Shown in pieces: positions 1 through 10,609 of a stretch of 64,000 nt of DNA (positions are counted from its first letter, which is position 1; each line of letters begins with the position of its first letter). The notes under the pieces were generated by a model. The model was not told the origin of the DNA. It saw only the letters and a list, made by a program, of their open reading frames with translations, and searched no databases. The position numbers and the translations under genes were made by a program. Source of the stretch: Collinsella sp. (lineage in GTDB: Bacteria > Actinomycetota > Coriobacteriia > Coriobacteriales > Coriobacteriaceae); NCBI GenBank assembly GCA_019414505.1, contig DXLW01000030.1, forward strand, positions 42,378-106,377, given 5' to 3'.

Positions 1-1669
<1,669 letters not shown>

Positions 1670-1746
1670 CTACTGGGGTTAATAATGCTTTCTAGAATAC
1701 CCAACCCGGACGGCGATAAACCGACGCCGGGCACGAAAAGACAGAG

Positions 1747-2232
1747 ATGGCATCACTGGAAGTCGGCAAGGTTCAAATCTATACGGGCGACGGCAAGGGC
1801 AAGACGACGGCTGCGCTGGGGCTCGCGCTGCGTGCCACGGGCTATGGACTTAACGTGCTCATGCTTCAGTTTGCCAAGAAGCTGCACTGCGCCGAACATG
1901 ACGCAGCACCTCGATTGGGGCTACGCATCGTACAAGCCGACCGCGACACACCCGAGGCTTGCGCCGCGCAGATCATGGAGCTCGCATGCGAGCAGATATC
2001 ACAGGTCGACGTTCTGATTTTGGATGAACTCGGCGAGGCCATGCGCCGCGGCTTCGTGACGCGCGAGGATGTCGAAGCGCTGATCGCGATAAAGCCCGCC
2101 ACCACGGAGCTCGTGCTCACCGGCCGGGGCTTGCTGCCCCTCGCGAACCTCGCCGACCTTGTCACCGAAATGCGCCCCATCAAACACTACTTCGACGAAG
2201 GACTCCTAGCCCGCCAAGGCATCGAATACTAA
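1747..2232 (+). CDS. cobO: cob(I)yrinic acid a,c-diamide adenosyltransferase (CobO/BtuR family)
   Basis: 161-aa ORF. N-terminal signature VQIYTGDGKGKTTAALGLALRATG...QF.K is typical of CobA/CobO P-loop adenosyltransferases, and the C-terminal VTEMRPIKH region also fits. Confidence 0.82.
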   Translation: MASLEVGKVQIYTGDGKGKTTAALGLALRATGYGLNVLMLQFAKKLHCAEHDAAPRLGLRIVQADRDTPEACAAQIMELACEQISQVDVLILDELGEAMRRGFVTREDVEALIAIKPATTELVLTGRGLLPLANLADLVTEMRPIKHYFDEGLLARQGIEY

Positions 2233-2235
2233 TCC

Positions 2236-2283
2236 GGCACTTAGGGACGTTCCTTTTCTGCCGGCACTTGGGGACACTCCTGT
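2236..2283. repeat. Left inverted end of the RAYT unit (two GGCACTTRGGGACRYTCC sub-repeats)
   Basis: Read directly: ggcacttagggacgttcc-ttttctgcc-ggcacttggggacactcc. It is the inverted partner of 3201-3249. Confidence 0.85.
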
Positions 2284-2302
2284 TTGCCAACAGTCCAGAA
2301 AT

Positions 2303-3073
2303 CTATCCTTCATTCCAACCTGCCGTACCAGAAACAACAGACGTACGACCAATGCCAACGACCCTCACGATCTGATTTATCGTAAGGCCCGCTTTTCTCA
2401 TTTTGCAGAGAATAGGTCTACGCTCGGAAGGCTTCATGGCTGCAAGCTCAGGAAGAGCTGTGGGGAAAGCAATTCCCTTGGCGACCTCAAGAGCTTCATC
2501 GTCCAGAATGCGCGGTCGAGGTTCAGCATCGTAGGGAGCCTGGTCAATTCGATCGGCAAAATAGTGCCTATACTCAAGCGAGCCACCCACAAGATCCAGA
2601 ACAATGCCAGGGTCGCAAAACCCAAACGAATCGTAGCCATAAGCATAAGCCCGATAACTGGACCAACGATAATTGTCGGCGGCCGAAACGCCCGCCTTGA
2701 CCGGATTCATATGAATATAGTCAGCAAGTGAAATTGCCTGCGCATCATTCTCGACTGGAATATTAGTAAATCTATCTTGGAATAAATGCCCAACTCGGTC
2801 GGTTTTGCGATTGAAATACATCGCATACGACGTAAGAACGCCGCTCATACACGAAGATATCTTCCCATGAGGATCATCAACCATAAGATGAAAATGATTC
2901 GACATGAGACACCACGCGATAACGCCGATACCATTCCCAACTAACTTATCCTCGAACAACGTAAGGATCCGATATCGATCTTCGTCGTCTTCAAAGATGC
3001 AGATGCCACCATTACCACGTGCGATAATGTGGTTATAGCCCGTCAACGAAACGACTCGACCTGTTCTTGGCAT
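2303..3073 (-). CDS. REP-associated tyrosine transposase / IS200-family Y1 (HUH) transposase with C-terminal HTH-like tail
   Basis: 256-aa ORF with HUH motif (SNHFHLMV), catalytic-Tyr region (ADYIHMNPVKAG) and the GHLFQDRF motif typical of Y1_Tnp/RAYT proteins. Flanked by inverted REP-like repeats. Confidence 0.85.
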   Translation of the reverse strand: MPRTGRVVSLTGYNHIIARGNGGICIFEDDEDRYRILTLFEDKLVGNGIGVIAWCLMSNHFHLMVDDPHGKISSCMSGVLTSYAMYFNRKTDRVGHLFQDRFTNIPVENDAQAISLADYIHMNPVKAGVSAADNYRWSSYRAYAYGYDSFGFCDPGIVLDLVGGSLEYRHYFADRIDQAPYDAEPRPRILDDEALEVAKGIAFPTALPELAAMKPSERRPILCKMRKAGLTINQIVRVVGIGRTSVVSGTAGWNEG

Positions 3074-3200
3074 ATCGCCCTCCCATCACAAACCCACCGG
3101 GCAACATCTGATAGGCGCGGACGATCTAATTTGCTAAGCCCGTGCTGACAGTTTACAGGGCAAGTCAGGCAGATTCTCCGAAAAACGACGAAACAGCCTT

Positions 3201-3249
3201 ACAAGGAGTGTCCCAAAGTGCCGGCAGAAAAGGAACGTCCCCAAGTGCC
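3201..3249. repeat. Right inverted end of the RAYT unit
   Basis: acaaggagtgtcccaaagtgccggcagaaaaggaacgtccccaagtgcc is the reverse complement of the left end with 2-3 mismatches. Confidence 0.85.
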
Positions 3250-3281
3250 AAGTGCGTTTTCCTCCGTCCCCTACGGATCAA

Positions 3282-4631
3282 TTAGGCGGTGGCGCGGCCT
3301 AGCCAGTTGCCGCTGTGGTGGTAGATGGTGAACATCGCGGCCGTAATGAGCCAGGTTACGGGGTAGACAAGCAGCAGGTGCTCAAGCGACGGATCGAACG
3401 GCATAATCGCAAACACCCAGATCACCCTGAGCACGACAGTGCCAAAAATCGTGAGCAGCATGGGCTGCAAGCTCACGCCGGCACCGCGAATGGAACCCGA
3501 CGCGTTTTCGATAATCGAGAAGATCGCGTAGAACGGCGCGATGAAATGAAGAATCGTCGTGGTGTACGCCGAAATCGAAGCATCGTCGACAAACAGACGC
3601 GACAGCGGACCCGAGAACACCAGGAGCACGGCAGACAGGCCACCAATGAGCATAAACGACAGCACGAGCGACGTATGGTAGCCCTTGCGCATGCGCTCAT
3701 AGTTGCGCGCGCCAAAGTTCTGTGCCGAGAACGTGGTGATCGACACGCCGAGCGCCTCGGTCACCATCCAGATAATGCCATCCAGGCGCCCAGATAGACC
3801 CCAAGCAGTCGTGACATCGGCGCCAAACGAATTAACCGACACCTGGATCAGCACGTTCGAGATCGAATAGGCAGCCGATTGAAAACCGAGTGGCAGACCA
3901 CACGAGATCATACTCTTGCAAATACCGCGATCGATACCGAGCTTAGACAGCGAAAGCCGCCACGCACCCGGTGCGTGCATCATGCGAATCACGATCATCG
4001 TGGCGTTGGAGCAAATGGTCAGCGCCACCGCGATGCCGCAGCCCAGCGCCTCCATATGAAGCACGGCAACAAAGATGACATCCAGCACCGCATTAACAAG
4101 GCAGCCGGAAGCGATGATCGCAGCAGGCCCGCGCGTGTCGCCCACGGCGCGTAGCAGTGCCGTTCCCATATTGAGCAGCAGCGCCGCAACCATGGCGGCA
4201 AAATAGCAACGAGCATAGGCCACGCCCTCGGCCAAAAGTTCATGCGGAGTGTTCATAAGTACCAGCATGGGCTCAACGAACACTATGCCAAGAATCGAGA
4301 AAACGATACCGCCCACCAGCGCGAGCGTCATGGCCGTATGGACCGAACGGCTCAGTCGCTCATCATCGTGCTGACCAAAATACTGACCGGTAATGACCGC
4401 GCAGCCGGCGCCGACGCCAACGCAAAAGCCAATGCAGAGCTCGGTGAGCACCATCGTAGCTTGAATGCCACCTAGCGCGAGCTTGCCGCCAAACTGACCG
4501 ACGATATAGGTACCGATAAGCGTGTAGGCCTGCTGAAAAAACGAACTAAAAAAGATGGGAACGCACAGCGACAGCAATTGCTGCCAAATGACTCCTTGCG
4601 TTACATCGATAGCCGTAGATTTCTTAGCCAC
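3282..4631 (-). CDS. MATE family efflux transporter
   Basis: Polytopic membrane ORF with MATE-type N-terminus (IDVTQGVIWQQLLSLCVPIFFSSFFQQ). The stop is fixed at 3282. I place the start at GTG 4631 after a GGAGGG box; the track's TTG at 4664 is the alternative. Confidence 0.85.
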   Translation of the reverse strand: MAKKSTAIDVTQGVIWQQLLSLCVPIFFSSFFQQAYTLIGTYIVGQFGGKLALGGIQATMVLTELCIGFCVGVGAGCAVITGQYFGQHDDERLSRSVHTAMTLALVGGIVFSILGIVFVEPMLVLMNTPHELLAEGVAYARCYFAAMVAALLLNMGTALLRAVGDTRGPAAIIASGCLVNAVLDVIFVAVLHMEALGCGIAVALTICSNATMIVIRMMHAPGAWRLSLSKLGIDRGICKSMISCGLPLGFQSAAYSISNVLIQVSVNSFGADVTTAWGLSGRLDGIIWMVTEALGVSITTFSAQNFGARNYERMRKGYHTSLVLSFMLIGGLSAVLLVFSGPLSRLFVDDASISAYTTTILHFIAPFYAIFSIIENASGSIRGAGVSLQPMLLTIFGTVVLRVIWVFAIMPFDPSLEHLLLVYPVTWLITAAMFTIYHHSGNWLGRATA

Positions 4632-4756
4632 ACGCCCTCCCCACACGCATACGTCAATCAGCAAAACAGCAATTTAAAACCAAAGCCAAAACCAGCTTAG
4701 CACCGACTGGCGGCGACCGAAACACCCCGAATTAGAGCACGGTGCGGAATAACTGC

Positions 4757-5704
4757 CTAGTGATACAAACCCGGCTGGTAGTGATACTCATTGCTCACGT
4801 GCGGGCATAGCTGCCAAAAGGCGACGGCGCTCGCCGCGGCCACGTTGAGCGAATCGACCCCGTGCGCCATCGGAATACGCACCGCGTGGTCACAGCCGGC
4901 AATGGTCTTGGCGCCCAAGCCGGCACCCTCGGTGCCCATAAAAATCGCCAAGCGATCAATCTTCTGCAGCACAGGATCATCAAGCGAAACAGAGTCGTCC
5001 GTCAACGCCATAGCGGCACACGAAAAACCGGCATCGTGCAACGCGCTCAGACCATCATGCGGCCACACACGAGCCTCGCTGCCAATGCGCGTCCACGGCA
5101 CCTGAAACACGGTGCCCATGCTCACGCGGGCCGAGCGACGGTACAGCGGGTCGCAGCACGTCGGGCTGACCAAAATACCGTCAACGTTCAATGCGGCAGC
5201 AGAGCGGAAAATCGCGCCAACATTGGTGTGGTCGACAATACCCTCGAGCACGCACACGCGCACCGGACGCTCCCCCGCCGCCTCGACGACGCCACCCAAG
5301 AACTCATCAACCGGAATCTGCCGCGGGCGACGAAACGCCGCGAGCGCACCGCGCGTCACGTTAAAGCCCGTCAGCTGCTCCATGAGCTCCATGGAGGCAA
5401 CGAACACAGGAACAGGACCCGCGCCCTCGCGCACGACTAGGCGCTCAAACAGCGGCATCATCTGGTCGAGCCAGCGTTCGCCCAAAAGAAAGCTCACCGG
5501 CTGATATCCGGCACGCACCGCGCGCTCGATGACCTTGGCGCTCTCCGCAATAAAGATGCCCTTCTGCGGCTCCAGCACGCAGCGCAGCTCGCGCTCGGTC
5601 AGTCGCACGTAGGCATCGAGCCGCTCGTCCTCGAGCGAATCAATTCGCAGAACCTCAACGGCATCAGTCATAGCAGCCAGCCCGCACCTTTCTTTACAGC
5701 ACAT
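4757..5704 (-). CDS. TrmH/SpoU-family RNA 2'-O-methyltransferase
   Basis: 315-aa ORF. The C-terminal SPOUT motifs (NVGAIFRSAAA, LAIFMGTEGAGL, VRIPMAHGVDSLNVAAASAV) match SpoU_methylase. The start is uncertain (ATG 5704 or ATG 5671). Confidence 0.85.
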   Translation of the reverse strand: MCCKERCGLAAMTDAVEVLRIDSLEDERLDAYVRLTERELRCVLEPQKGIFIAESAKVIERAVRAGYQPVSFLLGERWLDQMMPLFERLVVREGAGPVPVFVASMELMEQLTGFNVTRGALAAFRRPRQIPVDEFLGGVVEAAGERPVRVCVLEGIVDHTNVGAIFRSAAALNVDGILVSPTCCDPLYRRSARVSMGTVFQVPWTRIGSEARVWPHDGLSALHDAGFSCAAMALTDDSVSLDDPVLQKIDRLAIFMGTEGAGLGAKTIAGCDHAVRIPMAHGVDSLNVAAASAVAFWQLCPHVSNEYHYQPGLYH

Positions 5705-5780
5705 CTATACCAAACGAGGCGACGCTAAGCGCCGCCCCATGCATTCAATCAACCCGATGATACCGTTCACGCCAGACGAT

Positions 5781-6299
5781 TTACGCCTCGATGCGACGAT
5801 ACGTCACGAACTCATAATCGATGCCCTCGTCACCCTCACCGGCGGCAATCGTCGCGACCCCGCTACGCTGCGCAATCTCCCACGCGGGATCGGCGTCCAA
5901 GTCGGGAAAGTACGTGTCCACGGGATGGACGCAGTGGTCATGAGTGACCTCGGCCTCGACGCAATACGGCAAAAACTGCCGATAGACATCGCCGCCACCA
6001 ATCACCCAGGCAACGGGCTCATCGGCAACCGCGGCGAGCGCCTCGTCGATGCTATGCACCACGTCGACGCCCTGGGGCGCAAAATCCTCGTCGCGCGTGA
6101 GCACGATATTGCGACGATTCTTGAGCGGACGCCCACCGGGAAAACTCAGCAGCGTCTTGCGCCCCATGATGACCGGGCAGCCCTTGGTGCAGGCAATAAA
6201 ATGGCGCATGTCGGCGCGATTGGACACCACCATGTCGCCCTCGCACCCAATGCCCCAATCGTCACACACGGCGACGATAGCAGATAGCTTACACGTCAT
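5781..6299 (-). CDS. folA: Dihydrofolate reductase
   Basis: DHFR signatures are present: SAIVAV...GIG, VIMGRKT, NIVLTR, WVIGGGDVY. ATG 6299 is preceded by an AGGTGG box and lies 9 nt after the thyA stop. GTG 6308 is the alternative start. Confidence 0.92.
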   Translation of the reverse strand: MTCKLSAIVAVCDDWGIGCEGDMVVSNRADMRHFIACTKGCPVIMGRKTLLSFPGGRPLKNRRNIVLTRDEDFAPQGVDVVHSIDEALAAVADEPVAWVIGGGDVYRQFLPYCVEAEVTHDHCVHPVDTYFPDLDADPAWEIAQRSGVATIAAGEGDEGIDYEFVTYRRIEA

Positions 6300-6308
6300 G
6301 AGCACCAC

Positions 6309-7157
6309 CTACACCGCAATGGGAATGTTCTTGACCTGCGGGCCGTGCTCATAGCCCTCGACGATCAGGTCATCAGTCGTAAACGCGTAAAAATCATGCA
6401 CATCGGGGTTAAGCGTTACCTTGGGTGCCGCAAACTGCGGACGCTCGATAAGCTCGCGGACGATATCGACATGACGATCATAGATATGGGCGTCGGCGAT
6501 CACGTGCAGCAGCTCACCGGGAATCATATCGACCGACTGCGCGACCATCATCAGCAAAATGGCGTACTGGCACACGTTCCAGTTGTTCGCGGCCAAAATG
6601 TCCTGGCTGCGCTGGTTGAGAATCATGTTGAGCGTCGGCTTGTCGTCCTGAGGACGCTGCGTCACGTTATAGGTCACGCTATAGGCGCACGGATAAAGGT
6701 GCATCTCGGACAGATCGCTAAACACGTACGTATTGGTCATAATGCGGCGACTATACGGCGTGTGCTTAAGGTCGTACAGCACACGGTCCATCTGGTCGAA
6801 GTCGCCCTCGGCGTAATGGCTCTTCTGACCAATCTGATAGCCGTAGGCTTTACCGATGGAACCGGTCTCATCGGCCCACTCATCCCAGATATGGCTGTTG
6901 AGATCATGCACGTTATTGGACTTCTTTTGATAGATCCACAGAATCTCGTCCATGGCAGACTTAAGCGCCGTACGACGCAGGGTGAGCGCGGGGAACTCCT
7001 CGCGCAGATCATAGCGCGCCGTGACACCAAAGTTTTTAATGGTATAGGCAGGGGTGCCGTCCTCCCACACCGGACGGACCTTTTGGCCCTCGGTGGTGGT
7101 GCCATGGTCCAAGATATCGCGGCACATGGTTACAAACTGCTGATCAGCTTTGCTCAT
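6309..7157 (-). CDS. thyA: Thymidylate synthase (Bacillus subtilis ThyA-type)
   Basis: Start ATG 7157 follows a perfect AGGAGGG box. The sequence has the nucleophile loop LYPCAYS, SRRIM, NQRSQD, and a C-terminus (APKVTLNPDVHDFYAFTTDDL...IAV) closely resembling B. subtilis ThyA. The track ORF 6309..7727 is an upstream in-frame extension. Confidence 0.93.
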   Translation of the reverse strand: MSKADQQFVTMCRDILDHGTTTEGQKVRPVWEDGTPAYTIKNFGVTARYDLREEFPALTLRRTALKSAMDEILWIYQKKSNNVHDLNSHIWDEWADETGSIGKAYGYQIGQKSHYAEGDFDQMDRVLYDLKHTPYSRRIMTNTYVFSDLSEMHLYPCAYSVTYNVTQRPQDDKPTLNMILNQRSQDILAANNWNVCQYAILLMMVAQSVDMIPGELLHVIADAHIYDRHVDIVRELIERPQFAAPKVTLNPDVHDFYAFTTDDLIVEGYEHGPQVKNIPIAV

Positions 7158-7242
7158 TGACCCTCCTGTCAGTCGCCTACAAGCGAGATTCATTGTAGCC
7201 CAGGCGCACGCGGCCCCACAGCCCAAACATAAGCCCTCATTT

Positions 7243-7258
7243 TCTGACATATGCCAGA
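7243..7258. promoter_or_regulatory. Imperfect palindrome TCTGACATATGCCAGA (candidate operator, site 1)
   Basis: Read directly in the thyA/DUF134 divergent intergenic region. It shares the core GACATATG-CAG with site 2, about 53 bp away. Confidence 0.4.
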
Positions 7259-7297
7259 AATTCCTTGCGCAAATCCGCACGTTCGCTATTCTATTGT

Positions 7298-7309
7298 TGA
7301 CATATGTCA
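7298..7309. promoter_or_regulatory. Perfect 12-bp palindrome TGACATATGTCA (candidate operator, site 2)
   Basis: Read directly. It ends 15 nt upstream of ATG 7324 and abuts that gene's GGAGAG ribosome-binding site. Confidence 0.4.
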
Positions 7310-7323
7310 GATTTGGAGAGTGT

Positions 7324-8088
7324 ATGGCAGGAAGACGAGAAAAATTACGCCGCGTTGGGATCATCCCCGAATACCGCGGCTTTACCCCCGACGGCCTTGC
7401 CAGTGGAGACGCCATCGACATGACGATCGACGAACTCGAGGTGCTGCGCCTGTGCGACCTGGAAGGCCTTAACCAAGAGGCAGTCGCACAGCAGATGGGC
7501 ATCGCGCGCGCCACGGTGGCGGCTATTTGCAGCCGAGCACATCGTAAGGTGGCAAACGCGCTGGTCAACGGGCGAGCGCTCAGTATCGAGGGCGGCAATA
7601 TCGCATACTCCCCCATCACCACGACAACGGCCGCATGGCCAGCAAAGGAGGTCAGCACCATGAGGGTGGCAACGACGTACGACAACGGCAACATCTTTAT
7701 GCACTTTGGCCGCAGCGAACAGTTCAAGATCTACGACATCCAGGATGGCAAGGTGCTCAACGAGCAGGTCGTAGGCACCGGCGGCACCGGTCACGGCGCA
7801 TTGGTGGGCCTGCTTACCAACGGTGGCGTTGACACGCTCATCTGCGGCGGTATCGGCGGAGGCGCCATCAACGCGCTCACCCAGGCCGGCATCACGGTCT
7901 ATGCGGGCGCCCAGGGCAGCTGCGATGCCTGCGTCGAGGCCCTCATTGCCGGCACGCTCGCACAGAACGGCGAGGCCACCTGCGACTGCCATGGACATGA
8001 TCACGAGCACATCCACGAGCATGGCGAGTCCTGCGGCTGCCACGGTCACCACGACCATGACGGGCACGAAGGCTGCGGCTGCCACTAG
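7324..8088 (+). CDS. DUF134 (predicted HTH DNA-binding) fused in frame to a NifB/NifX-type FeMo-cofactor-binding domain with a His/Cys-rich tail
   Basis: The N-terminal half (MAGRREKLRRVGIIPEYRGFTP...IDELEVLRLCDLEGLNQEAVAQQMGIARATV) fits DUF134/UPF0251. The C-terminal half (MRVATTYDNGNIFMHFGRSEQFKIYD...LICGGIGGGAINAL) fits Nitro_FeMo-Co. There is no stop between the halves, yet a strong AAGGAGG box precedes the internal ATG at 7660. Confidence 0.75.
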   Translation: MAGRREKLRRVGIIPEYRGFTPDGLASGDAIDMTIDELEVLRLCDLEGLNQEAVAQQMGIARATVAAICSRAHRKVANALVNGRALSIEGGNIAYSPITTTTAAWPAKEVSTMRVATTYDNGNIFMHFGRSEQFKIYDIQDGKVLNEQVVGTGGTGHGALVGLLTNGGVDTLICGGIGGGAINALTQAGITVYAGAQGSCDACVEALIAGTLAQNGEATCDCHGHDHEHIHEHGESCGCHGHHDHDGHEGCGCH

Positions 8089-8144
8089 CGGCAAGCACCT
8101 CGTCGAGAACGCGCTTCCACGCGTGCGACAACCAGCGAACAAAC

Positions 8145-8184
8145 GGCGAAGGCCGCCTGGAATACCATCCAGGCGGCCTTCGCC
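8145..8184. terminator. Bidirectional stem-loop between the convergent nifX-like gene and ffh
   Basis: 16-bp perfect stem ggcgaaggccgcctgg / ccaggcggccttcgcc with an 8-nt loop. There is no strong T-tract on either side. Confidence 0.6.
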
Positions 8185-8205
8185 ATACACGACTCAATCA
8201 AGCCG

Positions 8206-9681
8206 TTACTTCTTGTTGCGCATCTGCGCTTCCATCTGGCGCAGCAGGTCCATATCGGACTTGGGGCCGCCCGTACCCAGGCCGCCCATGCCGCCCAGAC
8301 CCATAGCGTCCAGGCCAGGGATATTGGGCATGCGCATCCTCTTGCCCTTCTTGCCCTTTTTGCCCTTCTTGCCGCCGGCCTGCGCCTGATTGGCCATCGT
8401 GCGCATGCGGCCCATCATCTTGTTCATCTCGCCCCACTGCTTCATAAGGCTATTGACCTCGGTGGGGGTCACGCCGGCGCCCTTGGCGATACGCGCGCGA
8501 CGCTGGCCGTTGATGATAGAGGGACGCAGGCGCTCCTCCTTGGTCATCGACATGATGATGGCCTCGTTCTTGTCAAAGATGCCCTCGTCCAGGTTGCCGC
8601 CCATCTGGTTGAGCGCGCGCTGACCACCGGGAAGCATGCCCAGAATGCCCTTCATGCCGCCCATCTTCTTGACGGCCTTCATCTGGTCGAGCATGTCGTT
8701 CATGGTAAAGCCCTCGCGCAGCATACGCTCGGCAGCCTCGAGCTGCTCGGCGTCGGCTGCCTCCTGGGCCTTCTCGATGATGCCGACAACATCGCCCATG
8801 CCCAGAATGCGCTTGGCCATACGATCGGGATAGAACGGCTCCAGCGAATCGGGTTTCTCGCCCATGCTCACGAACTTGATGGGCTTACCGGTCACCTGGC
8901 GCACGGAAAGCGCGCCGCCGCCGCGGGCATCGCCGTCGAGCTTGGAGATGATCACGCCGTCAAAGTCGGTGCGCTCGGCGAAGGTCGAGACGACGTTGAC
9001 AATATCCTGGCCGGTCATGGCATCGACGACCATCAGCACCTGATCGGGCTTGACGGCCTTCTTGATGTCCACGGCCTCCTGCATCATCTGCTCGTCGATC
9101 TGCAGGCGACCGGCGGTATCGACGATGACCACGTCGCGCAGGTGGTCAACGGCCTCCTGGATGGCGCCCTTGGCGATATCGACCGGGTGCGCGCCGTCAC
9201 CGCGGAAGACCGGCACGCCGATCTCGCCGCCAAGCGTGGCCAGCTGGTCGGCAGCGGCGGGGCGGTAGACGTCGCACGCGGCGAGCAGCGGCGAGCGACC
9301 CTGCTTCTTGAGCAGATAAGCCAGCTTTACGGCTGCCGTAGTCTTACCGGAGCCCTGCAGGCCCACGAGCATGATGACATTGGGGATGCGGTTGCTAAAG
9401 ACGAGCTTGCTCTCGGTGGAACCGAGCATCTCGGTAAGCTCGTCGAGCACGATCTTGACGACGTTTTGCGCCGGCGACAGCGACTCCATGACCTCGGCGG
9501 TCATGCAGCGCTCCTTGGTCTTGGCGACAAACTCCTTGACGACCTTAAAGTTGACGTCGGCCTCGAGCAACGCCATGCGAATGTCGCGCATGGCAGAGGT
9601 GATATCGGCCTCGGTCAGTTTACCCTTGCCGCGCAGGCGGTCAAATGTGTCGTTGAGGCGATCGCTCAGGGAATCAAACAC
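8206..9681 (-). CDS. ffh: Signal recognition particle protein Ffh
   Basis: N-terminus MFDSLSDRLNDTFDRLRGKG, G-domain GLQGSGKTT and DTAGR, a Met-rich M domain, and a basic KKGKKGKKGK tail. Confidence 0.97.
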   Translation of the reverse strand: MFDSLSDRLNDTFDRLRGKGKLTEADITSAMRDIRMALLEADVNFKVVKEFVAKTKERCMTAEVMESLSPAQNVVKIVLDELTEMLGSTESKLVFSNRIPNVIMLVGLQGSGKTTAAVKLAYLLKKQGRSPLLAACDVYRPAAADQLATLGGEIGVPVFRGDGAHPVDIAKGAIQEAVDHLRDVVIVDTAGRLQIDEQMMQEAVDIKKAVKPDQVLMVVDAMTGQDIVNVVSTFAERTDFDGVIISKLDGDARGGGALSVRQVTGKPIKFVSMGEKPDSLEPFYPDRMAKRILGMGDVVGIIEKAQEAADAEQLEAAERMLREGFTMNDMLDQMKAVKKMGGMKGILGMLPGGQRALNQMGGNLDEGIFDKNEAIIMSMTKEERLRPSIINGQRRARIAKGAGVTPTEVNSLMKQWGEMNKMMGRMRTMANQAQAGGKKGKKGKKGKRMRMPNIPGLDAMGLGGMGGLGTGGPKSDMDLLRQMEAQMRNKK

Positions 9682-9691
9682 TAGTCACTCC

Positions 9692-10609
9692 TTAGTTGGA
9701 CTCGCCCACCAGGGCGCGGCAGAAATCTTTGGCATTGAACTCCTGCAGGTCATCGACCTGCTCGCCCACGCCGATGCGCAGGATGGGAAGCTTGAGCTTC
9801 TCGGCCACGGCCATGGCGATACCGCCCTTTGCCGTGCCGTCGAGCTTTGTCATGATAATACCGTCCAGACCCAGCGCCTCGTTAAACTCGAGCGCCTGGT
9901 TGAGGCCGTTTTGGCCCGTTGCGGCATCGATCACGAGCACGACATAGACGGGCATGGGGCCGGCGGCCATATTGGCGGCGCGCTTACGGGTCACATTGAC
10001 CACCTTGGCAAGCTCGCGCATGAGCTCGGGGCTCGTGTGCAGACGACCGGCGGTATCGATGAGCACCAGGTCGCTGCCGCGCTTGTCGGCCTCGTCGAGC
10101 ACGTCGTAGCAAACACTTGCCGGGTCGGAGCCGCGGTCGCGCTTGATGACGGGGACGCCAGCTCGCTGGCCCCACACATCGAGCTGCTCGATAGCTGCAG
10201 CACGGAAGGTATCGGCCGAACCGATCACGACGTTCTTGCCGCGGGCGGCCATGGCGCTCGCGATCTTACCGACCGTCGTGGTCTTGCCGGCACCGTTAAT
10301 GCCCACAAACAGCACGCAGCTCGGCGTATCGGAGAACGGATCGCGCTCGATGGGCACAAAGTGCTGCTCGAGCTGCTCGGCCAGGGCACGACGAAGCTGC
10401 GGAGCGGTCTTGAGGTTCTTCTTGGCCGCGGCATCGCGTAGGTCATCGGAGACCTGAATGGCGACCTCGGCACCCATGTCACCCATAACGAGGGTGTCCT
10501 CCAGGTCCTCCCAAAAATCCTCGTCGACCTCGCCGCCAAAGTAGAAGACCTCGTTGAGGGCCTCGCGGCTGCGCTCAAGTCCGCGCGAGAGAGCATCGAA
10601 GAATCCCAT
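9692..10609 (-). CDS. ftsY: Signal recognition particle receptor FtsY (short form, NG domain only)
   Basis: GINGAGKTTT, DTAGRLH and TKLDGTAKGG motifs in a 305-aa ORF. Confidence 0.96.
   Translation of the reverse strand: MGFFDALSRGLERSREALNEVFYFGGEVDEDFWEDLEDTLVMGDMGAEVAIQVSDDLRDAAAKKNLKTAPQLRRALAEQLEQHFVPIERDPFSDTPSCVLFVGINGAGKTTTVGKIASAMAARGKNVVIGSADTFRAAAIEQLDVWGQRAGVPVIKRDRGSDPASVCYDVLDEADKRGSDLVLIDTAGRLHTSPELMRELAKVVNVTRKRAANMAAGPMPVYVVLVIDAATGQNGLNQALEFNEALGLDGIIMTKLDGTAKGGIAMAVAEKLKLPILRIGVGEQVDDLQEFNAKDFCRALVGESN

Larger units (their letters stand above)
2236..3249. mobile_element. RAYT / IS200-like Y1-transposase unit bounded by 48-bp inverted REP-like ends
   Basis: The 2236-2283 segment and the reverse complement of 3201-3249 match almost base for base (ggcacttRgggacgttccttttctgccggcacttNgggacactcctgt). 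They bracket the HUH/Y1 transposase ORF. Confidence 0.8.

Noticed and set aside
6309-7727. 472-aa version of the thyA ORF
   Set aside because: The upstream 190 codons have no ThyA similarity and run through the divergent promoter region and the DUF134 gene. A perfect AGGAGGG box precedes ATG 7157, which yields a canonical ~282-aa ThyA.
8198-8437. Short G/Q/R-rich minus-strand ORF and the KKGKKGKKGK-encoding repeat at about 8330-8375
   Set aside because: The ORF is an alternative frame of the ffh 3' end. The DNA repeat simply encodes the basic C-terminal tail of Ffh.
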